Of a DNA stretch of 64,000 nt, positions 9,188-18,940 are shown one piece after another. A program made the position numbers and the translations under genes. The notes under the pieces were generated by a model. It ran no database searches. It was not told the origin of the DNA and was given only the letters and a program-made list of their open reading frames with translations. This DNA comes from Pseudomaricurvus sp. GTDB lineage: Bacteria > Pseudomonadota > Gammaproteobacteria > Pseudomonadales > Cellvibrionaceae. The stretch covers positions 7,924 through 71,923 of the forward strand of contig CBFHKY010000017.1 in the NCBI GenBank assembly GCA_965656525.1, written 5' to 3'. Every line of letters begins with the position of its first letter. Position 1 is the stretch's first letter.

Positions 9188-10399
9188 TTAAAAACTTGCA
9201 CCAACCCATACCCACAATTTGTCCGTATCGGTTTTAATATCCTCTGCTGAATAAGCGGCATATTTAATGCCGGCATTGTAATGCTTGCCAAACTTCATGC
9301 CGTATACAACGTCCAGCTCACTGCCAAAATTATCAGCACCAGATGCACCATCATTCGCCGTAAAGTCATGATAGACAACCGTCAACTTACCTGGGCCCAC
9401 TTTACCGCTGGCAGATACAAACATATCTTCTAGGCCTTGTGGTGGTGTTGCTAAAAATAAATCCGCCCAGCCATTAAATTTGTGCATGGTCGCCAATGGC
9501 GTTGCAAAACCATAGTTGCCATCGTCAGAACCTAATACCTCCAAGCCAATTTTTGCCGTTACACCATTTACGACAGCACCTACAGAGGCTAAGTAATAGT
9601 CGGCTTCGTAATCACTGGCACCTTCGGATTCCTGAGTAGCGTACTCCAGTTCATACAAAAAAGTGACACTGTCGGTTTTCGCTTTACCAGCAAAACGTAA
9701 GCCGTAAGTATCCAGCGCATTATCGCTTCCATTATCCATCTCTAGCATATAGCTATAGCCAGTTAACTTACCCAACGACGTGTCATAAGAGACATTCAAC
9801 AAGTGATCTTTGGAATCAATATCAGCATCTTCGGCAAAAATGCGATTACGCTGGTCTAAGTAGGCGTATGTAAACGTTAAACCTTTAGCTGGGCTCGCAA
9901 TAAAAGTAACACCATCAAAGGTTTGACGGTCTTGACGCCATCCAACATGGCCCACAAAACGATGATTATCCAACGTTAATACCTGACGCCCCAACTTAGC
10001 GCTAAAGCCATCCGTTTTGTATTGTAAAAAAGCTTGATCCAGCTCTGTCGTTTCAGGATCAGCAATCACTGAGTACTCACCGGGGTTATACCCACTTGGC
10101 CCAACGGTATAATCACCCATGCCAGCAACAATACGATTATCTTCAAATTCGACAGTGGCCGAGAACCCACTGATGTCAGCAGTGGTATAGCCTAGTCGTG
10201 AACGCAGGGTTAATGCATCGGCATCTTTGTTGATCTTATCTTGATCTACAGATTCGTAGCGCAGACGAAAGTCTCCATAAGCCTTACCACCTTTAAGCGC
10301 TTCAGCAATCGAATCTGCCGCAAAAGTAGGCACAGAACTACAAGCTAGAGCAACTGCTACGGACAGCACATTCATTTTTACTTGTTTCACAGGTTTCAT
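9188..10399 (-). CDS. Alginate-export-family outer-membrane beta-barrel (porin)
   Basis: Signal peptide, DFRLRYESVD...TLRSRLGY, GWRQDRQTFD, PLATMHKFNGWAD, C-terminal Phe; AGGAG RBS. Confidence 0.8.
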   Translation of the reverse strand: MKPVKQVKMNVLSVAVALACSSVPTFAADSIAEALKGGKAYGDFRLRYESVDQDKINKDADALTLRSRLGYTTADISGFSATVEFEDNRIVAGMGDYTVGPSGYNPGEYSVIADPETTELDQAFLQYKTDGFSAKLGRQVLTLDNHRFVGHVGWRQDRQTFDGVTFIASPAKGLTFTYAYLDQRNRIFAEDADIDSKDHLLNVSYDTSLGKLTGYSYMLEMDNGSDNALDTYGLRFAGKAKTDSVTFLYELEYATQESEGASDYEADYYLASVGAVVNGVTAKIGLEVLGSDDGNYGFATPLATMHKFNGWADLFLATPPQGLEDMFVSASGKVGPGKLTVVYHDFTANDGASGADNFGSELDVVYGMKFGKHYNAGIKYAAYSAEDIKTDTDKLWVWVGASF

Positions 10400-10432
10400 C
10401 TCCTAAATCTTAAATGTTTCATTCATAGTTTT

Positions 10433-11272
10433 TTAAGCCGCGGCGTTTTTTTTGTTGCTCGCTTTTTTCGACTTAGAACTTAAGGGCTCTACTTTTCTCT
10501 GCTTTTCGTACAAAAACTTCAGAACTTCGGAACGCAAATGGGTGTATTCAGGATCTTCCGCTAATTCGAGACGATGTCGTGGTCGTTCGAGTTTTACATC
10601 CAGAATTTCGCCAACCGTAGCTGATGGACCGTTAGTCATCATGACAATACGATCAGACAGCAGTACGGCTTCATCCACGTCGTGAGTAATCATAATCACG
10701 GTGTTATTCAGTTCGGCTTGAATCTCCATCAATGAATCCTGCATGTGGGCTCGTGTCAAAGCGTCGAGCGCACCGAAAGGTTCATCCATCAACAAGACCT
10801 CTGGCTCCATAGCCAATGCGCGAGCAATTCCTACGCGTTGCTTCATGCCACCAGAGATTTCGTCGGGGCGTTTGTGCATGGCATGATCCATGTGCACCAA
10901 ATTCAAATTGTGCTCGATCCATTCTTTCTTTTCAGTTTTGCTTTTGCTCTTACCGAACACTTGATTAACCGCCAATTCAACATTTTCATAAGCTGTTAAC
11001 CAGGGCAGCAAAGAGTGATTCTGAAACACTACCGCCCTTTCAGGGCCGGGCTCGTTCACTTCTCTTCCATTCAAAAGCACCCCACCTGTGGAGGCTTGAT
11101 ACAAACCCGCTACGACGTTTAAAACAGTCGACTTACCACAGCCAGAGTGTCCGATCAAAGAGACAAATTCACCTTTATCAATTTTCAAACTGACATCTTT
11201 AAGTGCCGTAAATGGCCCCTTCGGTGTGGGGAAAACCATGTCGATTCGGCTGATATCTAAGAAAGCATTCAT
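10433..11272 (-). CDS. Nitrate/nitrite ABC transporter ATP-binding protein (NrtD/NasD)
   Basis: Walker A GHSGCGKS, ISGGMKQR, DEPFGALDALTR; operon context. Confidence 0.92.
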   Translation of the reverse strand: MNAFLDISRIDMVFPTPKGPFTALKDVSLKIDKGEFVSLIGHSGCGKSTVLNVVAGLYQASTGGVLLNGREVNEPGPERAVVFQNHSLLPWLTAYENVELAVNQVFGKSKSKTEKKEWIEHNLNLVHMDHAMHKRPDEISGGMKQRVGIARALAMEPEVLLMDEPFGALDALTRAHMQDSLMEIQAELNNTVIMITHDVDEAVLLSDRIVMMTNGPSATVGEILDVKLERPRHRLELAEDPEYTHLRSEVLKFLYEKQRKVEPLSSKSKKASNKKNAAA

Positions 11273-11291
11273 ATTTTTCGTCTCCGTTGAA

Positions 11292-12287
11292 TCAGCGCTC
11301 AGCGCTGGATTTGTCCCAAGAAACCACACGCTGAATTTGTAGCATGCCGCGATCTAACAGGAAGCCAATAAAGCCAATCACCAACACAGCGGCCATGATT
11401 CGAGCCAAAGAATTGGAGCTGCCATTTTGAAATTCATCCCAAACAAATTTACCTAAACCTGGACTTTGGGCCAGCATTTCCGCTGCGATTAATACCATCC
11501 ACGCAATACCAAGGGACAAACGCATGCCGGTAAAAATCATAGGAATGGATGCGGGAAGAACAATTTTTCGAACATGAGTTAACGCTGGCAGACGCAAAAC
11601 TTTGCTGACGTTAACCAAATCGCTATCGATGGAAGCCACACCAACCGAGGTATTAATCACCATTGGCCACAAACAACATAAAGTGACAGTAATCATCGAA
11701 TTTAAAAAAGACTTGGCGATCATTGGGTCTGGAGACACATAGACAGCACTGACCACCATCGTCACTAATGGCAACCAAGCCAAAGGGGATACAGGTTTAA
11801 ATATTTGAACGATTGGATTGATTGCTGAGTTCAACGTTTTACTTAAACCCACGGCAATGCCTAAAGGTATCGCTATTATGGCGGCGACAAGAAAGCCGCT
11901 CATCACCGTAATCAAACTCGTTACAATTTGATCACCAAAAGTTTCTTTACCTGTATAGTCGCGAATTTTTGCATCGTAAGTTGGGTCTTGAGCTAGACGA
12001 GCAGCGTTACGCTTTTCTTGACGGAGATAAAATTTAGATTCTTTTTCTCTCTCGGCGGTATGCTCATTATACAGCGTACCAAATTGCTCCCAAACCGCCG
12101 ACGGTCCAGGAAACTTACCAAGAGAAGTATCAATATTTTGTGAGGCCACAGACCACAACAACAAGAAACCAAGAATTCCAATTAAAGGGATTACCACCCA
12201 TTTTGTTGCATCAGATACCGCACCCTTTACTTTGTCGGGCAGCAACTCGCTGCCACTGATTTTTTGAATTAATGTTGTCGTAGTCAT
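11292..12287 (-). CDS. Nitrate/nitrite ABC transporter permease (NrtB/NasE)
   Basis: FKPVSPLAWLP, WMVLIAAEML, GLGKFVWDEFQNG motifs. Confidence 0.92.
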   Translation of the reverse strand: MTTTTLIQKISGSELLPDKVKGAVSDATKWVVIPLIGILGFLLLWSVASQNIDTSLGKFPGPSAVWEQFGTLYNEHTAEREKESKFYLRQEKRNAARLAQDPTYDAKIRDYTGKETFGDQIVTSLITVMSGFLVAAIIAIPLGIAVGLSKTLNSAINPIVQIFKPVSPLAWLPLVTMVVSAVYVSPDPMIAKSFLNSMITVTLCCLWPMVINTSVGVASIDSDLVNVSKVLRLPALTHVRKIVLPASIPMIFTGMRLSLGIAWMVLIAAEMLAQSPGLGKFVWDEFQNGSSNSLARIMAAVLVIGFIGFLLDRGMLQIQRVVSWDKSSAER

Positions 12288-12314
12288 CGCCTATTACCTC
12301 TCTAGTGGTATTCG

Positions 12315-13691
12315 TTACAGTTTGTCGCCGGCTTTCAGACCAATTGAGAACTTATTGATGTACTCATTGGGTTTAGTGCCGTCATAAACGATGCCGTCGA
12401 TAAAGTGCGTTTGTGGATCTCTAAAGCCATCTTCGTCTGCGGCTGGGAAATCTTTTGCATCCGCAAGACCTTCTGCGACTAAAGATTCAGCAGCTTTGAC
12501 GTAAATATCGGGACGGTATACTTTAGCCGCTAGCTCTTTGTACCAGCTGTCAGGTTTATCATCTGGGATTTGTCCCCAGCGACGCATTTGTGTCATATAC
12601 CAGATAGCATCGGAATAGTACGGATAGGTGGCAAAGTAACGGAAGAATACGTTGAAATCGGGAACGTCACGCTTGTCACCTTTCTCATATTCAAAAGTGC
12701 CTGTCATAGAGTTAGCAATGACATCGTAATCCGCACCAACATAGTTGGATTGAGATAAGATTTTTACCGCTTCGGGACGATTGGCATTGTTGTTTTCATC
12801 CAACCACATGGCTGCGCGAATCATGGCGCGAGTTAGTCGAATGGTCGTGTTCGGGTATTGCTCCGCAAATTCGGCGGTAATACCAAACACTTTCTCTGGA
12901 TTGTTTTTCCAAATTTCATAGTCGGTTACCACCGGTACACCAATACCTTTAAAAACGGCTTGCTGGTTCCAAGGTTCACCCACGCAGTAACCATAAATCG
13001 TGCCGGCTTCTAAAGTGGCAGGCATTTGAGGCGGTGGAGTAACGGACAACAAAGCATCGGCATCGATATAACCGGAAGTATCGCCTTTATGAGGAGCGTA
13101 GTAGCCTGGGTGGATACCGCCTGCTGCCAACCAATAGCGCAGCTCGTAGTTGTGTGTAGATACAGGGAAAACCATGCCCATTTTGAAGGGCTTCCCTTCG
13201 GCTTTATACTTTTCAACAACCGGCTTTAATGCATCGGCTTTAATTGGATGAACAGGACGACCATCAGCCATTTTAGGAATATTGGGTTTCATTTGATCCC
13301 AAATTTCATTAGAAACGGTAATACCGTTACCATTTAAATCCATCGAGAAAGGCGTGATGATGTGAGCTTCGGTACCGAAACCCATGGTCGCTGCAATCGG
13401 CTGGCCTGCTAGCATATGCGCGCCGTCTAAACGACCATCAATAACGCCGTCCAACAAGACTTTCCAGTTGGCTTGCGCTTCGATCGTGACGTACAGGCCT
13501 TCATCTTCAAAATAACCTTGCTCGTAAGCCACAGCAATGGGTGCCATATCAGTCAGTTTAATAAAACCAAATGTCAGTTCTTCTTTTTCTGGCCAGCCAA
13601 GTTCTTTGGCTTGTACCGCTGCAGTGCTCATACCAGCACTCACAACAACCGTAGTTATCACGGCTTGCTTGAAAGTTTTTAGCCACTTCAT
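12315..13691 (-). CDS. CmpA/NrtA-family nitrate ABC substrate-binding protein (NasF)
   Basis: Signal peptide; [38 protein letters not shown]-like motif, [11 protein letters not shown]. Confidence 0.92.
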   Translation of the reverse strand: MKWLKTFKQAVITTVVVSAGMSTAAVQAKELGWPEKEELTFGFIKLTDMAPIAVAYEQGYFEDEGLYVTIEAQANWKVLLDGVIDGRLDGAHMLAGQPIAATMGFGTEAHIITPFSMDLNGNGITVSNEIWDQMKPNIPKMADGRPVHPIKADALKPVVEKYKAEGKPFKMGMVFPVSTHNYELRYWLAAGGIHPGYYAPHKGDTSGYIDADALLSVTPPPQMPATLEAGTIYGYCVGEPWNQQAVFKGIGVPVVTDYEIWKNNPEKVFGITAEFAEQYPNTTIRLTRAMIRAAMWLDENNNANRPEAVKILSQSNYVGADYDVIANSMTGTFEYEKGDKRDVPDFNVFFRYFATYPYYSDAIWYMTQMRRWGQIPDDKPDSWYKELAAKVYRPDIYVKAAESLVAEGLADAKDFPAADEDGFRDPQTHFIDGIVYDGTKPNEYINKFSIGLKAGDKL

Positions 13692-13820
13692 GGGGTTTCC
13701 TCGCTAACAGGTAAATGGGGCACTGCTTTATAGAGCCAGCTATGAATCATCGCTTTATTGAATCGAGTGCCTTGCGCTTTTGGGACAGCTGATAAAGATA
13801 TCTCTGTGTGTTGCCTAACC

Positions 13821-13832
13821 ATCGCCTTTGAT
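13821..13832 (-). promoter_or_regulatory. ANTAR-type RNA hairpin (NasT/NasR target) in the nasF leader
   Basis: ATC-AAAGGC-GAT: 3-bp stem with C-G closing pair and a hexaloop with A1/G4; degenerate copy at 13745-13760. Confidence 0.5.
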
Positions 13833-13863
13833 TGCTGGGCACGAGTACAGATGACAGTGATAA

Positions 13864-13879
13864 TGCATCGAGCATGCCA
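13864..13879 (-). promoter_or_regulatory. Sigma54 (-24/-12) promoter of the nitrate ABC operon
   Basis: TGGCATGCTCGATGCA: GG-N10-GC spacing, about 170 nt upstream of nasF. Confidence 0.65.
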
Positions 13880-14300
13880 ACACCATTAATGCACTAAAAT
13901 TTATGGGCCCAGCAGCCAAATACAGATAAAACGCACCACAAAAATACAAAACAACACCAAAATGAATCACAAAAAGTTGTATTTTCTTTTGCCGACCTTT
14001 ACGTGCCACACAAAACCCACCCCAAAACTGTGCGTAAAGCACTAACTTGAAGCGTAAAACCGAAAAAAGGGTATTTATTCATCAAAACTGAAGAGAAATA
14101 AAAAATGAAGAAAAAGCGAACGGAACGAGAAAAGAGCCAGACACCATAATGATGCAGAACCCCAATATCGTAAAAATCAAACTCTCGCAGACGCACAAAC
14201 ATCTTGAACGACAGGGTTATATAAAAATCATCAAAAGGTAGGTAAACGAGCGAGACCTAAAGGTTGCTAAAGCCTCGTAGCCATCAGAAAAGCCGGTCAG

Positions 14301-15122
14301 TTAATGCCACTGTAGCTCTTTTACCAGCTGATCAAACTTAGCCAACAGCCCATCCAGCGCATCGGTGGCAATACGGAAGAAGACATTTGGGTCAATGTCT
14401 GGGGAATCCACGATCAGCTGCTCCTGGATACACGTGATCAAGACAGAAATTTTGGCAGACTGCTCTGAGTCGACACCGATCTCCTTCCACAATCTCTGTA
14501 CATTATTCTCAATCTGCTGGCATAAGAAATTCAGCCGAATGCGCGACACACTGTCACAGTGTGCTGCCGCTGAAACACCGGTACCAATGGCACGTGCTTG
14601 CCCGATATGCTCAGCGGCCGCCAGCAGTTCACGCCAATACAAATGCAAAGGTCTGTTTGAAGCACTTTTCAATAACAGAAGCTCGCAGTCTTGAGCAAGG
14701 TCATCAATCAAATACAAAATATTTTTGATCAAGTGGTTGTGCTGACTTAAATTATTTTCAACGCCGGTTGTTTTGTAGTTACCCGCAAGACGAGCCCAAT
14801 GCTGGGTAATACCCTGCCAACGAGAGTTTTCTTCGATAACCTCGTCCACGTTCGCTATGCTGGCAATATCACGGCTCACCAATTGCTGTAGGCTTGCGAT
14901 ATCTCGCTCCAGATGCCCCCCTCCATTTAGGTATCCTGTTGATAGACCGCGGTGTTTCTGCACATTCGCCAATAGCACACGCAAACTGAACAACCACTGC
15001 AACCCCTTTTCTTGGTTTAGTTTGCGATTCCGACCTTGCTGGGTACGAATCACCAGCATCAATACAACTAAGCAGCCACCCACGATCGCAACCGTTCCCA
15101 AGGGCGAGTATACATCCGTCAT
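14301..15122 (-). CDS. Stand-alone nitrate/nitrite-sensing (NIT) domain protein with one N-terminal TM
   Basis: N-terminal hydrophobic helix, then an all-helical domain with [12 protein letters not shown] and [11 protein letters not shown] (NIT QxERG / E..GxERA-like motifs); ATGA overlap with the MCP stop. Confidence 0.7.
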   Translation of the reverse strand: MTDVYSPLGTVAIVGGCLVVLMLVIRTQQGRNRKLNQEKGLQWLFSLRVLLANVQKHRGLSTGYLNGGGHLERDIASLQQLVSRDIASIANVDEVIEENSRWQGITQHWARLAGNYKTTGVENNLSQHNHLIKNILYLIDDLAQDCELLLLKSASNRPLHLYWRELLAAAEHIGQARAIGTGVSAAAHCDSVSRIRLNFLCQQIENNVQRLWKEIGVDSEQSAKISVLITCIQEQLIVDSPDIDPNVFFRIATDALDGLLAKFDQLVKELQWH

Positions 15123-16261
15123 TGTTGTGCTCCTTGGCGCTGGCAAAGCCCATAAAGATGTGAAGCGATCGCTGAAGAGCGCTCAGCCACAGTTGAATTT
15201 TCAGTGGCCCCAAGAGCGACTTCCTCAACTTGAGAAGACATATCACGAGCCGCATCGCTTTGCTGGCCGGCAGCATCAGTAATCATTTGCACCATTGATG
15301 ATACCGTTTGTGTATGCTCCGCTATTTCCATTAAAACCCCTTCCGCTTCCTCGGCATCCACCAACGTCAATCGAGTCGCACTGAGAACGCCATCCATGCT
15401 GCTTTTCAATGCCGCCATTTGGGTTTGCATTTGATCGAGAATCTGAGAAATCTCTTGAGATGAGTCATAGCTGCGACTTGCCAGCGCCCTGACTTCATCG
15501 GCGACGACAGCAAAACCTCTGCCTTGATCTCCTGCTCGTGCGGCCTCGATAGCCGCGTTTAAAGCTAATAAATTGGTTTGTTCCGCAATAGCACGAATCA
15601 TAGACGACACCGATGACACCGTAGTGGTTTTTTCATCCAACATGCCCAGCTGCTCATAGGCCCCGTCAACGCAATCGCCTACCTCACGCATGTGCTCGCG
15701 CACCTCGCTGATTCTCTCTCGCCCTTTTTCACCGGCGTGATAGCTCTGTAAGGCAGACTGCTGCGTTTCCTGCATGCGCATGCTGACCTCTTCAATACTG
15801 TGGCTGATTTCAGTCACCGCCGCTGCGATCGATGCCGTAGCCTGTGACTGTAACGATGTATTGGCCGCCAATGTATCAGATGTTTCCGACAGTTCTTTAG
15901 CCGAGTAGCCAATTTCGGTAACAACTTGGTGGAAACCATCAACCTGACGGCGGCCTTTAGTCGCCAAATGAAACACCTCTACGCCGCCCTCAGCAACAAG
16001 CTGCTCTACAGCATCCACCAACTGTTGCTGGTTCATCAGGTCTAGGTGGTTAAGCACGCCATACAATTGCTTTTGGTCTTGCTGTAAAAGCCATAGACTT
16101 CCTAAAGATACATACGCTACAAAAACCAGCGCAAGAACACTCCAAACGATTGGCATCTGCGCAACGATGCTCGCAGCCGCCAGCAAAAACAACAATAAAA
16201 GACTGCAAACGGAGCCCTTAGGACCCACTAACTTTAACCATGTGCGAAGTGCACTTAACAT
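15119..16261 (-). CDS. Methyl-accepting chemotaxis protein lacking a ligand-binding domain
   Basis: Signalling hairpin [37 protein letters not shown]; two closely spaced N-terminal TMs with no periplasmic domain. Confidence 0.92.
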   Translation of the reverse strand: MLSALRTWLKLVGPKGSVCSLLLLFLLAAASIVAQMPIVWSVLALVFVAYVSLGSLWLLQQDQKQLYGVLNHLDLMNQQQLVDAVEQLVAEGGVEVFHLATKGRRQVDGFHQVVTEIGYSAKELSETSDTLAANTSLQSQATASIAAAVTEISHSIEEVSMRMQETQQSALQSYHAGEKGRERISEVREHMREVGDCVDGAYEQLGMLDEKTTTVSSVSSMIRAIAEQTNLLALNAAIEAARAGDQGRGFAVVADEVRALASRSYDSSQEISQILDQMQTQMAALKSSMDGVLSATRLTLVDAEEAEGVLMEIAEHTQTVSSMVQMITDAAGQQSDAARDMSSQVEEVALGATENSTVAERSSAIASHLYGLCQRQGAQQ

Positions 16262-16479
16262 GATAATCCTTTCATATCTTCATCGGTGAACAGAGGTCGA
16301 GCCACACTTAAACACGTATACCGCTCACGATGCGTCAAGTATTCGCCCCCAAATAAACACGAGAGTGTTTTACTTCTTTTGCGGCCAAAATAAAAAAAAC
16401 TGAAAAGACTTTTTATGCCAAGCAGTGACCATGAAATGAAACCCCACCGACCTAAGCCTACTGAGTTATGCTTACGTAC

Positions 16480-17076
16480 CTAACGTGCTTTGGGATAAGA
16501 TTCTGACACAAGCTCGATAACTCTATGAGCAATGACCACCAACGACTTGCCTTGGTTCATGGCCATTTTTCTTAGAGTGGCGTAAGCGTCTTGCTCACTC
16601 AACCCCTGAGTCTGCATCAATAAACCCTTGGCCTGATCAATGATTTTACGCTCTGCAAGTTTATTTTTTGTCTGCACCAATTCGTGACGCAAGGCTTCCT
16701 GTGCTTGAAAGCGAGTAACTGCCTCAGAGATCAGACTGTATAAGCGGTGCTGACGACGATCATCCACAACATAAGCGCTGACACCAGCACGAACCATAGA
16801 CTCAATCAGTTCAGGGGTGTCTTCAGTCACAAAAACCACTACCGCTAACGGGCAAATATCATGAATACTTTTAAACAGGTGTATCAAGGAAGGTTTTAAG
16901 GTCGCGGTGTTCACGACTAAGCAATCGGGGCGATGAAGATCAAGTTGCAACAACAATTTGTCATCGTTTCTTAGTGTTTCCAGAACATTAAACGTGCACA
17001 ACTGTAAATCAGGATACAGCTGTGCACTGCTTCCAAGTTCCGTATCTAGCAGCAGTAATGTTTTGCACTCTCTCAT
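16480..17076 (-). CDS. nasT: NasT-like ANTAR antiterminator (pseudo-receiver + ANTAR)
   Basis: RAGVSAYVVD and LAERKIIDQAKGLLMQTQGLSEQDAYATLRKMAMNQ ANTAR motif; nitrate cluster context. Confidence 0.85.
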   Translation of the reverse strand: MRECKTLLLLDTELGSSAQLYPDLQLCTFNVLETLRNDDKLLLQLDLHRPDCLVVNTATLKPSLIHLFKSIHDICPLAVVVFVTEDTPELIESMVRAGVSAYVVDDRRQHRLYSLISEAVTRFQAQEALRHELVQTKNKLAERKIIDQAKGLLMQTQGLSEQDAYATLRKMAMNQGKSLVVIAHRVIELVSESYPKAR

Positions 17077-17149
17077 GTGTCGTCCTTCACTCTAGTCATC
17101 CTATCTGGAGCTTTCTGAACGTTACAACTTGACGAACAGTAGAAACCAC

Positions 17150-17165
17150 AGCGAAAAACATGCCA
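17150..17165 (-). promoter_or_regulatory. Sigma54 (-24/-12) promoter upstream of nasT
   Basis: TGGCATGTTTTTCGCT: GG-N10-GC, about 75 nt before the ATG. Confidence 0.55.
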
Positions 17166-17381
17166 TTCGAACGCTCACCGAAGAGTTTTATCCAAATATC
17201 AGATCAGACTGACAAAAAATACCTCATGAACCAGCAAACCGATCAATACGATACAATAAGATGACAAGCAGAGGGAAAAGAACGGTGCGGCTGACGGGAA
17301 ATCTAAGCACCACAGATTACCATTAAGTCACGACGTCGAATAAATCGCACCTCAAAATGGCAACTGGAAGCAATGTGACAA

Positions 17382-17921
17382 TCACACCGAGGGAAACAAC
17401 TCCATCGCCATGAGAAGCGCGTCTTCTCCGCCGGTGTCTGATGGGTAATAATTGGGTCTTACTCCGATTTCTGAAAAACCGGCGTTTTCGTAAAGAGTGA
17501 TGGCCGGCGTGTTAGAAGCCCTGACCTCCAAAAACATACGCTCAGCGTGGCTTGCAAGTTGCTGTAGAACTTTATCCAGAACCCGGCCACCAATGCCTGC
17601 ACCCTGCCAAGCCGGCGAGACCACAAAATTGATAAGCTCTGACTCTCCCGCCACCAGCGACACCAATGCAAACATGACTAATTCATCATCAATACAGCCC
17701 TGTACAGCGTGGTAACGGGACAAACATGACACCAGTTGCTTACGACTCATAGGGTGCGAATGCGCCGCCTGCTCGATTGAGTACAGCGCACTTAATAAGC
17801 CTCCCTGTGCAGATTGAGTCTCGGGATCAGCATTGGGAAATCGGTCAATAGACGTTAACTCAACCTGGCGGCCATCGATCAAACTCACAGGACAAGCATG
17901 GGGAAACAACACGTCCATCAT
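17382..17921 (-). CDS. rimI: Ribosomal protein S18-alanine N-acetyltransferase
   Basis: NFVVSPAWQGAGIG, FLEVRASNTPAITLYENAGF, IGVRPNYY, EDALLM. Confidence 0.92.
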   Translation of the reverse strand: MMDVLFPHACPVSLIDGRQVELTSIDRFPNADPETQSAQGGLLSALYSIEQAAHSHPMSRKQLVSCLSRYHAVQGCIDDELVMFALVSLVAGESELINFVVSPAWQGAGIGGRVLDKVLQQLASHAERMFLEVRASNTPAITLYENAGFSEIGVRPNYYPSDTGGEDALLMAMELFPSV

Positions 17922-18889
17922 ACACGCCGCAAAAACTGAATCGATTCCCACACACGAGCTTTGACAGTGGGCTGTAATAACATGTCCGACAACGAAGGAA
18001 CAACAACGCCTTTCACATTGGTATCCGCAACGTTCACCAACTGCCCTATACTCGACTCCAGCGATTCTAGAGGCGACCCATTACTATCAATAGATGACCC
18101 GCGACTGTCTTCAGGAGTCACCCCAGCCGCCATTAAGTAGTGACAGGCGTCCTCCCCCATTAGCATGACATGCTGGAGAGGCTTGCTCTCGTGCATCGCC
18201 TCTAGCATCGCCCATGAACTTTCGCGGGCCTCGGTTTCACCTTGGGGGGTGTAGCGATCTTGCGTCATTGGCCAGCGTAAAATATCCGGTTGTGGCAATG
18301 CATCCACTGGGACACCTAAAGCACGCAATATATTGAGTAACAACGTATCTGTCGGCAATGCCAGTTCTGCACGACGACTGTCTACCACCAGCAGAGCTTC
18401 ATCCACACGCCAAAATGTGAGCGCAAATCGTGGTGTCGATGCCGTGTTTGCAACGGGCTTTTTCGACGGTGCGGGCTCACGCCTCAGTGCATCTTGACTT
18501 GGTATTGAACGGTCTTGTTCTGGGCGGCTCTGCAGAGGGCTATGTTCAGATGCTTTCTGCATTGCATGAGGCTTTGCAGTTGAACTGCTGAGTGCCTCTA
18601 ATACAGAACTGCTTGGGCTGCGGGGCGCAGGAGTTACTGATGGCGAGACTGGCATCCCTTCCACTGAAGCGCTCTGCGGCTTGACGACAGAGCGGCTCAC
18701 TTGTGAGTCCGTATCTGAGGTCACCAAAGGGGGCGTGGCAGGAGAAGAACCAAGAGCAGCAGGCGGTATTGACACTGGCCTGACGGGTGCGCAGGCGACT
18801 GAAGGTCGTGCCGCCACCAATTGCAGCCTCGGCATATAAGAATCCACCCCCAAAGCCTCAAGGTATTGCATGCGTTGCTGCTCGTTCAT
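17918..18889 (-). CDS. Conserved protein upstream of rimI; probable Pseudomonas-type DNA Pol III psi (HolD) analogue
   Basis: N-terminal QYLEALGVDSYMPR, long Pro/Ser linker, C-terminal PSLSDMLLQPTVKARVW; sits in the holD position, coupled to rimI. Confidence 0.55.
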   Translation of the reverse strand: MNEQQRMQYLEALGVDSYMPRLQLVAARPSVACAPVRPVSIPPAALGSSPATPPLVTSDTDSQVSRSVVKPQSASVEGMPVSPSVTPAPRSPSSSVLEALSSSTAKPHAMQKASEHSPLQSRPEQDRSIPSQDALRREPAPSKKPVANTASTPRFALTFWRVDEALLVVDSRRAELALPTDTLLLNILRALGVPVDALPQPDILRWPMTQDRYTPQGETEARESSWAMLEAMHESKPLQHVMLMGEDACHYLMAAGVTPEDSRGSSIDSNGSPLESLESSIGQLVNVADTNVKGVVVPSLSDMLLQPTVKARVWESIQFLRRV

Positions 18890-18940
18890 GAATCCCTCAA
18901 GGTTGTTGCCTAGATCGGCAATCAGGGTGGATTAAATTAT

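Noticed and set aside
13815-14202. Hydrophobic-looking ORFs 13815-14042 and 13999-14202
   Set aside because: Artefacts of T-rich low-complexity intergenic DNA overlapping the sigma54 promoter region; no RBS or family motif.
16405-16421. TGGCATAAAAAGTCT as a sigma54 promoter for the MCP
   Set aside because: It lacks the -12 GC at the required spacing.
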